Assembly (NCBI GenBank): GCA_964615775.1
Contig: CAZTQB010000004.1
Coordinates: 4,624-68,623 of the forward strand
DNA from: an uncultured Candidatus Saccharibacteria bacterium
Lineage (GTDB): Bacteria; Patescibacteriota; Saccharimonadia; Saccharimonadales; 2-12-FULL-41-12
Direction of reading: 5' to 3'
Length of the DNA stretch: 64,000 nt
The notes beneath the pieces are model-generated. The model did not search any database, was not told the DNA's origin, and was given only the letters and a program-made list of their open reading frames with translations. The translations under genes were made by a program, and so were the position numbers. Each line of letters starts with the position of its first letter. Within the stretch, counting starts at the first letter, position 1. Below, in pieces: positions 63,079 through 64,000 of this stretch.

Positions 63079-64000
63079 ATGTTAAGTTTTGAGTACGAAG
63101 CTCGCGACCCCAACACAGGCCAAAAGGTCAAGTCTATGGTAGAGGCAGCCAATGAAATGGCTGCAGCTAAGATGATTCAAGGCCAAGGCTTGGCTCCTTT
63201 AGACATCAAGCCGATTGGAGCCAGTGACAAAGGGCTGAATGGTTTTCGTAATCATATATCTACCAAACAAAAGATTGTTTTTTCTAGGCAGATGTCAACT
63301 CTTATCAATGCTGGCTTGCCACTGGTGCAGAGTCTAAGAAATGTCGCTGATCAGACAGAAAACAAAGCTTTTAAGGTGGTGATAAATAAAATTATTGCCG
63401 ACGTAGAAGGCGGAAGTGCCTTAAGCAATGCATTAGCCAAGCACCCCAAAGTTTTTAACAATATTTATGTTAACTTGATTGCTGCTGGCGAAGTATCTGG
63501 TAACTTAGATACCGCATTAGAGCGGATTGCTTTCCAACAAGAAAAAGACGCCGAAATTGTGTCAAAAATTCGTGGGGCTATGGCTTACCCGGCAATCGTT
63601 ATATTGGTGATGTTACTTGTCGTAGGCTTTATGATTATTAAGGTTTTGCCGCAGGTTAAGGTGATCTACCAAGATATTCCAGGAGCATCTTTGCCGTTTA
63701 TTACTCGAGCCTTGCTGGCAGTTTCTGACTTTACTGTGAAATATTGGTGGGTGGTAATATTAGCTTTGGCTTTTTTGACCTTTATGGGTACACGTTATGC
63801 TCGCACCGGGCCAGGCAAAGAGGTTGTCGACAAAGCCAAGATGAAGGCTTGGCCGTTTGGCACATTGTTTATGAAGGTCTATATGGCTCGTTTTGCTCGT
63901 ACTGGTACTACTTTGGTAGCTAGTGGCGTACCATTAATCCAATCGTTAGAAGTTATTTCGCAGTCAATTAATAACGTACATGTCGAGCGGTCTATCAAAA
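63079..64000 (+). CDS. pilC: Type IV pilus platform protein PilC (GspF family), 5' partial; continues beyond the window
   Basis: My own translation from ATG 63079: MLSFEYEARDPNTGQKV...FSRQMSTLINAGLPLVQSL...AMAYPAIVILVMLLVVGFMIIKVLPQV...FARTGTTLVASGVPLIQSLEV. Not in the ORF track because it has no stop in the window. Confidence 0.9.
   Translation, partial: MLSFEYEARDPNTGQKVKSMVEAANEMAAAKMIQGQGLAPLDIKPIGASDKGLNGFRNHISTKQKIVFSRQMSTLINAGLPLVQSLRNVADQTENKAFKVVINKIIADVEGGSALSNALAKHPKVFNNIYVNLIAAGEVSGNLDTALERIAFQQEKDAEIVSKIRGAMAYPAIVILVMLLVVGFMIIKVLPQVKVIYQDIPGASLPFITRALLAVSDFTVKYWWVVILALAFLTFMGTRYARTGPGKEVVDKAKMKAWPFGTLFMKVYMARFARTGTTLVASGVPLIQSLEVISQSINNVHVERSIK

Noticed and set aside
1-64000. 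UGA recoding (genetic code 25 or 4), as in some CPR lineages
   Set aside because: Conserved genes end at TGA at the expected lengths (for example mutM, pilO, argS, and the ATGA overlaps). No conserved gene is interrupted by an in-frame TGA, so the standard code 11 fits.
1-64000. CRISPR arrays, tRNA/rRNA genes, IS elements, integrases, prophage or known defence-system genes
   Set aside because: I saw no regularly spaced direct repeats, no tRNA T-arm consensus (GGTTCGAATCC-like) in intergenic regions, no transposase, integrase or reverse transcriptase motifs, and no nuclease/ATPase pairs typical of defence islands. Detection by eye is limited.

Overview
Gene-dense, AT-rich window (roughly 40% GC by eye), coded mostly on the + strand, from a small-genome bacterium. 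The content is minimal housekeeping: valS, argS, tsaD, a murE-like ligase, groES-groEL behind a CIRCE operator, dnaG-rpoD, polA, mutM, holA, truB, rpsO-pnp, a family-4 UDG, RNase J, ftsK, rpsF-ssb-rpsR, efp, tlyA, ychF and an ABC-2 exporter. Many membrane-anchored or secreted hypothetical proteins are interspersed. The window ends in a type IV pilus cluster, pilM-pilN-pilO-(78 aa)-pilB-pilT-pilC, with pilC truncated at the edge. The standard genetic code applies, since TGA is used as a stop. The gene content resembles CPR/Patescibacteria, most like Saccharibacteria, but this is inference only. I found no rRNA, tRNA, CRISPR array, transposase or integrase. Main observations: (1) many genes have a -10 box, often the extended form TGnTATAAT, 6-9 nt (mostly 6-7) upstream of the ATG with no Shine-Dalgarno, implying widespread leaderless mRNAs alongside SD-led highly expressed genes. 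(2) An uncharacterised three-gene secreted or surface module, including a 1016-aa Cys-rich protein, sits directly upstream of the pilus genes. (3) A PRTase-like gene is split in mid-fold at an A6 run. (4) Conserved metal ligands are missing in DnaG (Zn ribbon), the family-4 UDG (4Fe-4S) and PilB (tetracysteine). (5) EF-P has Arg at the modification position and is followed by a closely abutting (3-nt gap) unknown ORF. (6) Several enzyme homologues have substituted catalytic motifs: NrnA/DHH-like, class-A beta-lactamase-like and PRTase-like proteins. No recognisable defence or mobile system is supported, and the novelty of any item cannot be established without database searches.
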